Below, in pieces: positions 43,806 to 57,686 of a stretch of 64,000 nt of DNA. Every line of letters starts with the position of its first letter. The first letter of the stretch is position 1. This DNA comes from the human T2T-CHM13v2.0 reference genome, Homo sapiens. The stretch lies in the NCBI RefSeq assembly GCF_009914755.1, contig NC_060937.1; one strand, written 5' to 3'. The translations under genes and the position numbers were made by a program. The notes below the pieces were generated by a model that was not told where the DNA came from, did no database searches, and saw only the letters and a program-made list of their open reading frames with translations.

Positions 43806-44495
43806 AAAAGTAACCTCTTTATAAATGAAAAGTTACACAAATATATTGAGTTGACAGAATAGTCCCAAATAAGGAAACTACTTCAAGTAACTTTAAAATA
43901 CAATAATTTTACTTGGAACTTTGGTGTGATTACCCAAAAAATGGGAGCAGGACTGTCTAAACTAATCTCAGTATCACATTGTTAGTAGTGTTGTGGAATT
44001 ACTTTTCTGAGCTAGCAAATAAGTAATAATGTTGGAGTCTATTTAGTGTGAAAAAAAAATACTGATTACACATATGGTTCTGAATTTAAATTTTATTTTA
44101 CACTTGAACTCTTAACATATTTTAAAACATAATACATATTTCTAGCATTAAAGAGTTCTAGAAACATTGACCAACCCAAAAGCAATAAGTACTACTACAG
44201 TCCATATTGTAGTATTTAAATATCATTACTCACTAAAGAAACCAAGAATTTTTAGATTTTAGATATGAGCATGAAGTGTACAAAACTGTCCTAGAACGTC
44301 CTTTCAAATCAAAAATAAGATGTATAGTAGTTTACAAGGGTCATGTCAAAAGGATGTAGGAGCCAAATTGAATAGCTTATCACAGGCCAAAGTTGAAAAC
44401 GTTTAAACATAAATTTGGAGAAAAAGTAATGGTTTCAAACACATAAAATGTTTAAATCCATGAAGTCATACTAGCACTCCAAAACACACATATAA

Positions 44496-44911
44496 GGATA
44501 AAGAAAATGTGGTACATGTACAACATGGAATATTATGCAGCCATGAAAAATAGCAAGATCATGTCCTCTGCAAGGACATGGATGGAGCTGGAGGCCTTAT
44601 CCTTAGCACACTAAGAAAAGAACAGAAAACCAAATACTGCACGTTGTCACGTATAAGTGGGAGCTAATGATGAGAGCATATGGACAAAGGGAGGGGAACA
44701 ACACACACTGGGGCACATAGGAGGGTGGAGAGCAGGAGGAGAGACAGGATAAGGAAAAATAACTAATGGGTACTAGGCTTAATACCTGGGTGATGAAATA
44801 ATCTTTACAACAAACCCCCACGATTCAAGTCTACCTATGTATCAAACCTCCACATGTACCCCTGAGCTTCAAATAAATGTTAAAAAAAAAAAAAAGAAAA
44901 GAAAAAAGAAA
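44496..44911 (+). mobile_element. 5'-truncated older L1PA 3' end with A-rich tail
   Basis: ggataaagaaaatgtggtacat...gcttaatacctgggtgatgaaataatct...catgtacccctgagcttcaaataaatgttaaaaaaa. Confidence 0.92.
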
Positions 44912-45438
44912 ATCTCAGCACTGCCTAGAGAGGAGCAGCCATCTCCTAATTGGCACCATGGCTGCACTCAGACCCTGCATGAAGCACAAAATCGTCAAAA
45001 AGAGAGGACCAAGAAGTCCATCTGGCGCCAGTTAGACGATATGTCAAAAATAAGCATAACTGGTGAAAACCCAGAAGTATTGACAACAGGGTTTGTAGAA
45101 GGTTCAAGGGCTGGATCTAGATGCCCTACATATGGGAGCAACAAAAAACAAAACACATGCTGCCCAGTAGCTTCCAGAATTTCCTGGTCCACAAAGTCAA
45201 GGAGCTGGAAATGCAGCTGATGTGCAACAAATCTTACTCTGCTGAGATTGCTTACAATGTTTCCTCCAAGAACCACAAAGCCATCACAGAAAGAGCAGCC
45301 CAGAGCACAGCTGGCCATCAGAGCCACCAATCCCAATGCCAGGCTGTGCAGAGAAAAAAATCAATAGACACCTCATGTGCACATTTTATTTTCATTTAAA
45401 TAAAACCATCAAAACAGCAAAAAAAAAAAAAAAAAAAA
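44912..45438 (+). pseudogene. RPL32P: Processed pseudogene of 60S ribosomal protein L32 (eL32); locus number unknown
   Basis: 5' UTR remnant, ATG at 44958 (MAALRP.MKHKIVKKR), [54 protein letters not shown] matching RPL32, TAG at 45365, AATAAA at 45399, poly-A 45419-45438; intronless with premature stops and several frameshifts. Confidence 0.96.
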
Positions 45439-45699
45439 TACCCACAACAAACAAAAAACACCTCGTAGGGTAATTTCATGAAACCAATTCTCACTGTTTT
45501 GGAAAATAGTATATAAAATTAAAATTACTATTCCTTTAGAGTTACCAACTAATGATTAACAACATTTCTTCATTAATAATATGAATTATATTATTAATGA
45601 ATTAATGAATTATTAATGAATTAATATCAATTAAAAAATGAAGAAGGAATAATAAAATATTACCATTATTCAAGCTTTTAAAAATAATGGGAATAAGCT

Positions 45700-46740
45700 G
45701 GAATCAACTTTTGTTTTTCTTTCTCTAGGTCGCAAAAGAAGAGACAACTATACATTTTGTGATGCTGAAGGGAAATGTACAAGAGCACTACTGAAGAAGT
45801 CCAGCCAAAAAAAAAAAAAAAAAAGCCCAGTAGTATTCTTATCAAGCCTGTATATCCAGTTTATAGGAAATATAAGAGACAGAGACACATGTTAAATGGC
45901 AACAGTAGAATGTAATACACAAAATCCAGACTTGAAAATGTTATAAAATATGCAAAAAAGATTTCTTAAGAATAATATTAGAAGAAAAATGAGTTTGTGG
46001 GAGAACTTATAGAGTCTTTAAAAAATATATTAATTACAGTGTATGAATTCACTTTGTTTCATGATTCAAACAACAAGCTGGTTAAAAGTTTAAGAGAAAA
46101 TTCCATCATGATATTGACGTGAGAATTAAAGTGTTTGTTAAAAAATGAAATATACTTGGGAGGCTGAGTCCAAGAATCCCTTTAACCTGGGAGGTGGAGG
46201 TTGCAGTGGGCCGAAATTGCACCATTGTATTCCAGCCAAGGCAACAGTGTGAGACTCTGTCAAAAAAAAAAAAAGAAAGAAATATGTGGATTTTTATAAA
46301 AAGACATCTTTTGATAAAATGAAAACATTAGAGTGTGAATTGGGTGTTTGATGATGGATGTTTTATATTATGAGATTATTGTTAAATTTATGTGTTATAA
46401 CAGCATGATTATATTAAAAACATTGCATTTATCAGAAATGGATACTTAAGTATTTATGCGTGGAATGAAAATATATTTACTGTTTAATTTAAAATAACCC
46501 AGTAAAACAGAAAGGGTTAGTTAAAATTATCCAATTTTAAATTGAATTATTTAAAATAACCCAAAAAAGTTAAAAAGGAATACAGAGAAAATAAAGGAAA
46601 AAATAAGATAGTGTAGATGATATAAATAAAACAAAGACAAAATATTAGTTGCTTTTGAAGCTGGGTGAAGTGCATATGGGAAGTTCTTTTTATTATACTG
46701 TTATATTTGAGATGATCTATACTAAAAAGTAAAACACCAA
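45700..46740 (+). mobile_element. Ancient L1M 3' UTR remnants
   Basis: ccagtttataggaaatataagagacagag...gtgtttgatgat...gttgcttttgaagctgggtgaagtgcatatgggaagttc. Confidence 0.5.
46153..46280 (+). mobile_element. 5'-truncated Alu right arm
   Basis: tacttgggaggctgag...ggaggtggaggttgcagtgggccgaa...gagactctgtcaaaaaaa; flanking gaaatat duplication. Confidence 0.85.
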
Positions 46741-46793
46741 CAAAACAACCTGTTCAAGACACAGTTTCACAGATCACGATTTAATTGATCTGA

Positions 46794-47163
<370 letters not shown>

Positions 47164-47264
47164 AACTATTAGTATTTTTTATACTTTGGGCTTCTAATCT
47201 GTATCCAGTGTCGAGAATAACTCAGGATAAAATAGATACAAGCAAGGCTCTAGTTATGTTTCAT

Positions 47265-47935
47265 TTTTTTTAATTAAAAAATTTAATTCAAGCTATGCAG
47301 TTGTAAGGCTAGTACAGAGACATCTCATGTACCCTTTACTCCGTTTACCTCAGTTGTAATATGTTGCAAAACTATAGTATAATGTCACAACCAGGATATT
47401 AACATTGATACAGTCAAGACAATTTTTTTCATTTTTTTATTTTTAATTTTTGTGTGTACATAGTAGGTGTATATATTTCTGGGGTACATGAGATTTTTTG
47501 ATACAGGCATGCAATGCGAAATACCATATTGTGGAGAATGCGGTATCTATCTATTCAAGTATTTATCCTTTGTGTTACAAAAATTCCAATTACACTTCTT
47601 TATTCTTAGTTATTTTAAAATGTACAGTTAAGTTATTATTCACTATAGTTAACTCTGTTGTGCAATCAAATAGTAGGTCTCATTCATTCTCCTTTTTTTT
47701 TTCTTGTACCCATTTAACACACAACATTTTTATCACCCTAAGTATTCCTCATGCTGCATATTTATAACCACCCACTCATCTTTATCCTTAAGCCCTGGCA
47801 ACCACTAATCTGTTTTCAGTTTCTATAATGTAGTCATTTAAAAATATTATATAAATTGAATAATATACACCACGGTAAGTTTTTCAGAATGAGGCTTTTA
47901 CTTAGCACAACACTCTGAATAATTGTCCAGGTGGA
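47265..47935 (-). mobile_element. L1MC-like 3' end with nested L1MA 3' end (~47422-47715)
   Basis: Host gcaaaactatagtataatgtcacaaccaggatattaacattgatacagtcaagac resumes at acaacatttttatcacc; insert tacatagtaggtgtatatatttctggggtacatgag. Confidence 0.8.
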
Positions 47936-48530
47936 TTGGTCTTTTTTCTCTTTCAGCACTTGAAAACATGTTGTGCTACTTCCTTCTAGCCTTTACGGTT
48001 TCTAATGAGAAATCTGCTGCTATTCAAATTGTTCTTTTTTCCCATAGTAAGGTATCTTTTCTGTCCTGTGCACCCCCACCCACCTCCCTGGCCTGATTTC
48101 AAGATTTCTTTCTTGGTCCTTAGTTTTCAAAAGTTTGACTATAATGTGACTTTCTTTGAGTTACTCTTTGGCATTTGCACAAGTTTTTAAATCTATAGGT
48201 TTAGGTGTTTTAGAAAAGTTTATCCATTATTTCCTTGAGCATTTTTTAAACGTTATCCTCTTTCTGCTCTCCTAGACCTCCAATGACATGAATGATCAAT
48301 TTTTTGTTTTGGTCCTAGAGACCCTTAAAGCTCTGTTCATTTATTCTGGTCTATTTTTCTCTCTTTTGTTCAGATTCAGTAATTTTAAATATTTTGTCTT
48401 CTAGTTATCTGATCTTTCCGTTCTCTTCATTCTGTTCTTGAGCCCATTTGTTCAGTTTTAAATTTTAGTTATTATTTCAGTTCTAAAATTTCCCCTTAGC
48501 TCTACATTATTTCCTCTATTTCTGAGACTT
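47936..48530 (-). mobile_element. Ancient L1M internal fragment
   Basis: ttctctttcagcacttgaaa...gtttctaatgagaaatctgctg...agtttgactataatgtg. Confidence 0.65.
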
Positions 48531-48642
48531 TCTATTGTTATTTCTATTGTTACTTTTACAGACGTTTCTCTTGTTACTTTCTACATTTTTATTGTTACTT
48601 TCTATTATCATTTTTATTATTACTTTCTATTGTTACTTTCTC
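48528..48642. repeat. Degenerate ~14-bp tandem repeat (tttctattgttact)
   Basis: Several imperfect copies in series. Confidence 0.7.
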
Positions 48643-49320
48643 TATATAATAAAGAGTCTGACTGCGTGTTATGATGTTTGACTGCTGACAACTTTGAAAG
48701 CCTCAATTTTTTAAAGTCTCACTTCTTCTTTCCCTTCCTCCTCACATTTGGGCAATTTAATTTAATTCAATTTAATAGGAAGGCTGTATGTTCCCTTCTT
48801 GGGGACTAGCAAGATACTTAAAGCACAAAAGCTCTGCCCTCATGTGGGAACTTTCACCTTGATTCCACCTTTGAGTTAATAAAAACCCAAGCCAGTCACC
48901 TTGGAGGCAGTGAGGGGGAAAGTTTCCAGGATGCTTGAGTTAAAGGAAAGGCTATAGGTAAGGTAAGTAAAATTACGGCATCTTATATGATATGTTCAGG
49001 AAGCATATTTGGCATTCTATAGTTGGAATTACAGATGGGAAGAGAATAGGAAAGTTGGAAGTTTTTGGCCAAGTTTCATCTATTATGGGCAGATTCTGCA
49101 GTAATTTTGTGTTGGCTTTCTGGACTGGTTGCTGTAGAGGTTGTAGGACAAAGTGTTATATATGGTTTGGCCACTGTCCCTTTGTGTATCCAGACTCTCA
49201 AATCTAGTTTAATATAACTTAGACAAGTATGGTACTCAGGTATCTTTCCTTGAAAATGTACTTAAATATACCCTCTGACTATTAAAAAGGTATTCAAATA
49301 ATGAATTTAAGAAAAGATAG

Positions 49321-49632
<312 letters not shown>

Positions 49633-50600
49633 CTAAGCTATGATATAATAGGAATGGTAATATACATTGAAACTAGTCAAATATGGAATTGTATAAATTA
49701 TTCTCCAAACTTGGATAGAAAAAATAAAGTGAAATTAACATTGAAAGAGACTGTGCATTATAAAATGTTAAGAATAACTATGTCTAAAATTTTATATTTC
49801 ATATATATATATATACAGAAACCAGGAAATGTGGGAAAAGAAGAGAAAGTAAATATATGCTAAATATTTCATTTTATTTTGGAGAAGTTAAAATATATTT
49901 GTTCATTTCTAATGTTGAAAATTAAAGAAATATTCTGCAATTAAAAACTTTACGCAAGTAGATTAAAAACTCAATACATCAATAAATTGGGGGAAAAATA
50001 AGACCATATTTCCACACAACACACCCACAAACCAAAAACAACTTATCTTTCAAAAATATTTAAAGATAGGAATAAAAAGAAACATTGATTTAAAAAAGGT
50101 CAATTACATCAGTTAATATAAGAAAACACTTCTAATTAAAAATTAAGACTTTATTTGCTTTATTTGATATCTAAGAGTATGTTTTTTAAAGTAAACTTCT
50201 GTTAAAGGAAAATTTCAAAGAAATTAAAATCATTTCTCTCATACAAATATGAAGCGTATATGTGTTAAAATTTTTATTTAACTCATTATTAATGAGAGAA
50301 TCAGTAAGATGTCACGACCTGTTCAAAAGAAAATCTTAAAACAGACATTTATAGATAAGGAATATTTTTATGCATTTAATTTCAAAAAACTCCTGCTGCT
50401 TCCACAGTGAGTGAAGGGAGTCAACTGAATCTTCAACAGAATTTATTTGCACATTTATAGAAAATAATTATTTTTCAATTCTATCAGTTATTTACAATTT
50501 AAGGCGTTGTAAAATATTTCAATGGCAATGAAAAAGCGTAATCTCCACAGGATCAGATTGGATAACTCCTAGAGGGATTTGTTCTTAAAAATGCATACGT

Positions 50601-50735
50601 GCTCGGGCGCGGTGGTTCATGCCTGTAATCCCATCACTTTCTACTCAGGAGGCTGAGGCAGGAGAATCGCGTGAGTCCCGGGGGCGGAGTTTGCCGTGAG
50701 CGGAAATCCAGTGAGACTCCGTCCGGGATGGGGAA
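50601..50735 (+). mobile_element. Internally deleted mini-Alu, CpG-rich, no poly-A
   Basis: Left-arm 5' 40 nt joined to right-arm ctactcaggaggctgaggcaggagaatcgc...gagactccgtc. Confidence 0.85.
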
Positions 50736-51514
50736 GCGTATGTTTCCCTAGAAGCAGAATTAGTTTTCTACACTGCTGAGAAACTCATAAAAAATAAAAA
50801 TAATAGTATTTATTTAACATTACTCTGTGCAGCTACTCAAGATGATGATTATGTATTAGTACACTGATCCTCAGAGTAACTATTTTTGGGTGGAGGGCGG
50901 TGGGAGAGAGGAGCTAACATTTTAGTATATTTCTAAGCATATTGAGCCTAATATCTAAAAAGTATAAGTTAATGGTAAGAAATTCAGAACTAGAGCTTTA
51001 GAGTGAGATGTGATCTACTGATATAAATTTTGGAGTAAACTAGTTTTTAGTGATTTCTTTATTTCGGAAATTTTGCTTAGAACATGTTTCTTTGGTTTCA
51101 CTATGTGGGCTGTCTCAATGACTGGCCGCAGCGCTAGGGCCTTGGGAAGCCTCCCACTGGAAATCATGTTGCTGAGGTTTATACTATACATCTAAGTATT
51201 GACTATCTTATCTTCCTTATGCACTTGACGTACAAAAAAGAGCACTTAGGCAGGGAACTAAATATGCTATCCTCTGTTCTCATAACCACCTACACATTTT
51301 GATGGTTGTTTTTCTTACTTGCCATTTTCAGAAATTCCTTTTTGTCAACTATGGTCAAGAGTGACTAAACTCATCTTGTTCTATGGCAGTACTTAATATT
51401 CTTAGATCCTATTTGGCTTAACACACAAAGATTACACTTGACAATGATGAACTTTACCTGAGTTCAGTGTCCCCAGTAAACAGTGAAGGTTAATCCCACC
51501 CCCAAACTTTTATT

Positions 51515-51690
51515 TTCTAAAGTTTGTCCCCAACTTTTTGTGCTGTGGGGAAATGATTTGCTGCAAGGAATCACCCTTGGCCTTACATCTCACATAAGAT
51601 TCACAGGTGACTTCCTTGACATAGATCCTCAAAATTCCCATTTTTGATCTCATAAATTATGAACTCAGCTGTTCTGTCTCCACCCTGAAA
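51515..51690 (+). mobile_element. ERV1-like LTR fragment (MER31-like)
   Basis: gggaaatgatttgctgcaaggaatcaccct...agatcctcaaaattcccattttt. Confidence 0.4.
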
Positions 51691-51702
51691 CTAGGTAGAC
51701 AT

Positions 51703-52264
51703 TGAGAAAATGAATAACAAATAGACCATGGTCAGACTCCATACAAAATGGAATATCTGATCAACAATCTGTATACAACTAGCCTAGAAAGCCAATATAC
51801 CACTTATAGTAACTAGTCCAGGAAGACAATTTTAATCTATAAATCAGGTTTGCAGGAAGTCAGACTCTCTCTAGCACCCAGTCAAGAATCTAAACAAAAA
51901 CCCTCATAACAATTAGTCCCACATAGCCAGGACTTCATTAGTAATTGACAGATTCCCTAACTATTGCCCCCACTTCCAACTTGGGACCAAACAAGGGATA
52001 GTCAAATATATACCCCTAACCAATCACATAGGATGCCCCACTTCTAATTAGCCTATCTGCACCTTCCCCATGCCAACAGCCTCCAGTCATGTCCTACCTG
52101 AAGCCCTCCCTCTTTTCCATCATAAAGCTTTCCCACTACCCTATCTGCCTTTGAGTCTCTGCCAAAGGCAAATGATGGTTGGTAGCTCACTCACTTGCTA
52201 AAGCAATTTTTGAATAAATAACTTTCCTTTATTCTTATTTAAGTGGTCTTTGTTTATGGCCACA
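51703..52264 (+). mobile_element. ERV solo LTR (MER77/MER21-group-like)
   Basis: cccctaaccaatcacataggatgccccacttct (CCAAT), ataaagctt (TATA-like), gaataaata, ends ccaca. Confidence 0.65.
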
Positions 52265-53019
52265 ACAAAGAGATAAACATTTATTGATTCAGATTCTTCC
52301 AATTTACAAAAACCGTCTCAACTGTAAAATCACCCCATCTATAACTTGCTACTCCTTTCTCTAAAAGTAAAGCAAAACCACCATACTGATACACGCTGAT
52401 ATTTTGGGCAGCTGAGCATCTGGGGTGCTCTTCTTATTGCAATAGCTTGAATAAAATAATTTTCTACTTTCTCATGAACAGTATATTCTTTCTGTAACCT
52501 AAATTCATATTTGCATAATGAATTGGAAAACATCGCTACTTAAAAAAAATCATGCCAACTTTATTTAAATGTTTAAACTCACAAAGGAGGGGAGGAAAGA
52601 ATAAAGAAAGGAAAGTAAGTAGGAAGGAGAAAAAGGAGCCAGGAGGGAGGGAAGAAACTGGGAGAAAATGGCAGGGAAATGATATTCAATTCTCTAAAAC
52701 AAGGAGTTCATACGTGTCTAAACCAAAGATAGAAAAGAACATTGAATGTATAATACCAGTGATATACTCTGTGAGAATTCTGCCTTGCTCCAAGTAGAAT
52801 TTTCTCTGTATTTAAAGAACGTACGAGCAATAGCTTCTGTTTTCATTTTATTTTGGGGGCACAAATTAAAGTTGAGTATTTTCTTCATGAAGGTATCAAT
52901 TCAGGTTAGAATTCAGAATAGGTGGGTAGTTAATTCTAAGATTTTTGTACCAATGTATTAGTCATTTCCCAAGTGTAGAAGAAAAAATAATTGAGGCTGT
53001 CATTGCCTACATTTACTAC

Positions 53020-53190
53020 TGATTTATTCAATTTACTCAATAAACCATTTCTTAAGCAACCACTATGTGTCAGGCAATGTACTTGGAGCTAGAAATTCAA
53101 GATGAATAAGGTATAGTTACGTCTGTTCCCAAGAAACTCACACTTCAGTTCTGGAGATAGACTTGGAAAAAGGTAACTAAAAATACAGTG
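53020..53190 (-). mobile_element. L2 3' end
   Basis: tttattcaatttactcaataaaccatttcttaagcaaccactatgtgtcaggcaatgtacttggagctag. Confidence 0.75.
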
Positions 53191-55758
53191 TACATTTCAT
53201 TGTTTCTTATTGTAGAGTATTTTATGCCTTTTGACATTACTTTCTTTTTCTGTTGAAAACACCTCTTTATTTTATCATTTTTATGAAGTTAAAATTAGTA
53301 CTTATCTCTACATATAGAACTACCAACTCATATTTCAAAAGGATCACCAAAAGGGAAACATTTTATACTAAAGAGAAAATTCCTTTTATAAAGTTGGAGA
53401 TTGTGGTTCAAGTATTTATAAATTAATTAGGATTACCATTCAGACACAAAATTATCTTTTCAAAATTTGTAATGTTCTCTCAACAATAACACTGGCATAC
53501 AATTCTCAAGTACATTAGTATTTCTTGTGTTTATAACACTAACCTCCCTGCTAATAGTCTTGACTTTTAGAGATTTGTTTTGTTTAGGGTTGATGCAATT
53601 ATTGTTTTTTTTTAAAGATGCTGTTTTTATCTGTCTGAGTTCATATTAAATTTTCAACTACATTTTTCAAGACTCTGTTATCACCAATAGTAGCTTCTTT
53701 TACTGCTGAATGATTATAATCAGCTGATCACTTAAACTCTGTGTCACTTGCTCTGCAATGTTTCATCTCTTTAACAAAATGCATCGTTTTAAGCAAGATT
53801 TATAAATAAATAACATGTGCTAGTTATCAACAACAATGAAATTCTTAAGTAGTGTGTTTGATAAATAGGCCTTGATTATGAGAAACACAATCTAATTTTC
53901 TGCAGCCTACTGAGAAAATGATTATTAGATGTGGTGAAAATCTCTACTAAGCACTCAGAGCAATGAAAATCTATATTCCAGCAGTGAATACATTCCATTT
54001 AATATTTCCTTCCCCCTTCCTCCCCTCTATTTTCCTTAATCAAAAGGAAAAACACTTTTAAAAGTCATCAACAGTTTCTGTGAAACTTTCTAAGAAAAGT
54101 TTATTGCATTCCTTTTTGTTCAACTGCTCTCAGAAAGTAACCATTGGCACCTACTTCCAGTTACAGTAACATCATAATAACATTCTTATCCCTGCTAACC
54201 TCTAGGTTTATGTGTCTCTGTCTAGTAGGGGGAAAAAAAGGAAAAAGAAAACCACTCAATCTGGATCCATAGATAATTGGCAAATGGCAAAAGGGAGATT
54301 CAATTAACTCAGATTATTAACAGAGACATGCTACATCTGGTCATGGCTGAGTCTGTTTGTCCAGAAACATCTATCAAATAAATGATTAAAATCAAGACCT
54401 GGCAGATGTGCATCTCTTCATACACGGCCCTGTTTCTCTAATGTAAGAAAATATACTTAATCTGAGAATATTTTTTCTTAATTGTAGAACTCAAAGTCAG
54501 GATTTGGAAAATGGAAAATAACCTGGAAAAAGACATCTGTACATGTTTATTTAAGTTTTCCCCCTTGCCTTTTGCCTTTGCTGCACTAAAATGGTGTAGA
54601 ATGAGAAACAATCTGTATTCTTGCCTTTTGCTTACAGCCCTGAAGGAAAACCTGCTGGGATTGGCTGCAGATGGTTTCATTGCGAGAGAAGAATGTGCCT
54701 CCTTTTGGCTGCCTGTTCTGTATGCATGATCAAGCCCCAGTCAATGCTTCATGTGCCTCATTAACTGCAGGACAGGAAGAAGTATGATGCTCCCAAAATA
54801 CATGCCCTTTTCTCCAGCTAAGGCCAATATTATGAAAAGGAAACAATTCAGAAATTAGAAGATTATATGCTGTTAAAAAATTTTTGTATAGCCAAACTCA
54901 GTCTCCCTTTATTAACAGTGAATAGCTGTTATTAAAGTGGCACATTAGCTCATACTGACTTGTTTACTTCAAAGTGGACAATACTGGAAAGGGAAATGAA
55001 CCATCATCTCTCAGCACCCTGAGCCTGAAATACATAAGGTACTCAGACTGCATGATGTAAAGTCAAAAAGAGCAATTGTTTTGAGAAAACCAGAGTGTTA
55101 AATTATCTTAAAGACTCTATTTGCACTGGGAAGTTGTGCATTAAAATATTTACTAAGTATGATTTTTCCACTTTGAGAGTCCTAAAGCAAAGCAAATTTG
55201 CTTAGAGTTTCTGAACTTAAAGCATATTTTAAAATTATTTACATGAAGATAATTAACACTTATTGAACTCTTATCATAAACAGGTGCTTTACATTTATAT
55301 ATAACTTTATATCTCCAATAATATAGCAAAGTCATTATGATGAATCCATCCTATAGTTAGAGCTTAAAAAAAATGTTAAGTACCTTGTTCAAGATTCCTT
55401 CAAAACAGTCAGGGATAACTAAGCCCAGGCTTTCTCCTTTAGGCTGATGAAAATCACCTTCTCTGCTGCATCACAAGTTCATGGAGGGTGGAGATAAAAG
55501 CAAGCTAAAGAAGAGTTTGGGACAGATAGTTTCCAAGCACTCTTCCTCTTCATAGTAAAATTTTAATTTGAATATTTAGAATAATCAGTTTGTTTAAGTG
55601 GTAGGCCAAGGGCAAAGATAAATAGTTATCCTTCCCATTTGGGATTAGAAGCTTTGTTGTTAGATAAAATAATGTTCATATTTTTATTATTTTTATTGAT
55701 TTTTAATCAAAATCATATAATATACCTCAGATAGAAAGTAAAACACAAGAGCTAATGA

Positions 55759-56091
<333 letters not shown>

Positions 56092-57504
56092 TGATCCTCA
56101 TGGTTTAGTTCCCTCGATCTATTAAATAATGTTTATTAATTTTATGTATTGATTTACTATTTTAGATAATATCTATTTTCTTACTGCTGAAATACATGAA
56201 AAATTATGTAACATATAACACCCCAAATCTCCTTCTACCTCCTCCCAAAATGTTGATAGTTATTATAATCTCTTCCACTGAAAAAGGCTTTTCTGTAATA
56301 TCAATTGGTTCACATGATATAGGTAAATAGGGAAATCATGTTAGTAAAAATGTGGAACTTGTTGATATTTTTTTCCTAGGAAAGGGGAAACAGAGCAGAA
56401 GTAGAACTATAATTTCAAGGAAAAAAGCACTCTGCTGTCTTCTACACAATCAAGTAGCCCTTTAAGCTCTATTTTAAGAAAATTATTTTTGAATATCTGT
56501 ATGTAGATATTTTCTTGGTTCCTCAAATCATGGCAGGTTGCTCTTCTTGTATCCCAAACTCCCCTTCTGTCTTCATGCCTTTTGACCATAAGACAAGTAT
56601 TTCCAATCTATTGCTTTTGTGCATTTTTAAACAACCCCTGAGGAAGCCTCCAGCCTGGGCTCTGTTATTTCTCAAGATACTGATTATTGTTTTTTTTAGT
56701 GCTCAGGGTAGTTGTATGATTTTGACTTGCCACGGTCCTATTTTTTACCTCTCTTACCTTGTCATTTTTAAAGAGTGCAGTTTGGCAGAACAAAAGCTTA
56801 TTTACAAGAACACAGATATTATGATAGGGCAGAAAGTCCTACATTTTTAGTTGTGTTTTGCTTAACTTTTCTTGTGCTTAAATTTTCTTGTGCTTAACAA
56901 TTTGAAAATTTGGTGTTATACTTAAATCTCTCATTTTTTGTCCTAACAAATGTCACCGGCATTCCCTCATTCTCTCTCCCTTTGATTATTGGGTATTTGG
57001 CTCCCTTCCACTTTCCTCAAACTTACCTACCTTTTTTTTCCCCCTTATGTTGCCTCTGACCTACCTTTCTTTCAGTATAGGTAAATTTTATTCACTTCTC
57101 TATGTTTTGTTTATATGCAGATTCTAAGCTTTGTAAAAATTAATTGATTTGTATTATCATACAGCCACAGTCCGCTGAAAGACTAAAATAATCACTTAGG
57201 CTATGATTACATTATTTTATTTGTGGTTCCAAAGTTATGACCAGTTTGCACAAAAATGGGAATATTTCTGGTGTAAAGTTCATATGTATTCTCCTTTGTA
57301 TATTTAATAAATTCTTCAAGTCAGGATTGTTTATAGCTTGTGTCATATTTTAAACAATGCTTTTCAGTTTTTTGTTTTCATTTCTTTTCCTTTTCTGTTT
57401 GTTTCTGTTTGAATATTCATTCCTTACTAATTTCCAAATACTGCTTTCTTTTTTTTCCTGGGGGTAGTTTGAATTTTTATTAGATTTTTCTTGAAATCTT
57501 TTTC

Positions 57505-57653
57505 ACTACTTTTTATTTTCTCACCTTTATTCGGGTATAATTGACAAAATTGTATGTAAGTTGTACAACATGATGATTTGATATGTGTACACATTGTAAA
57601 ATAATTACCACAGTCAAATTTTTTAACATATTCCTTATCCCTCATAGTTACCA

Positions 57654-57686
<33 letters not shown>

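Noticed and set aside
44837-45399. Functional RPL32 paralogue or novel ORFs
   Set aside because: In-frame TGA/TAG and several frameshifts; the ORFs are pieces of the decayed retrocopy
56866-56898. 16-bp direct duplication (a similar 17-bp one at ~11472-11503)
   Set aside because: Ordinary slippage micro-duplications with no sign of function
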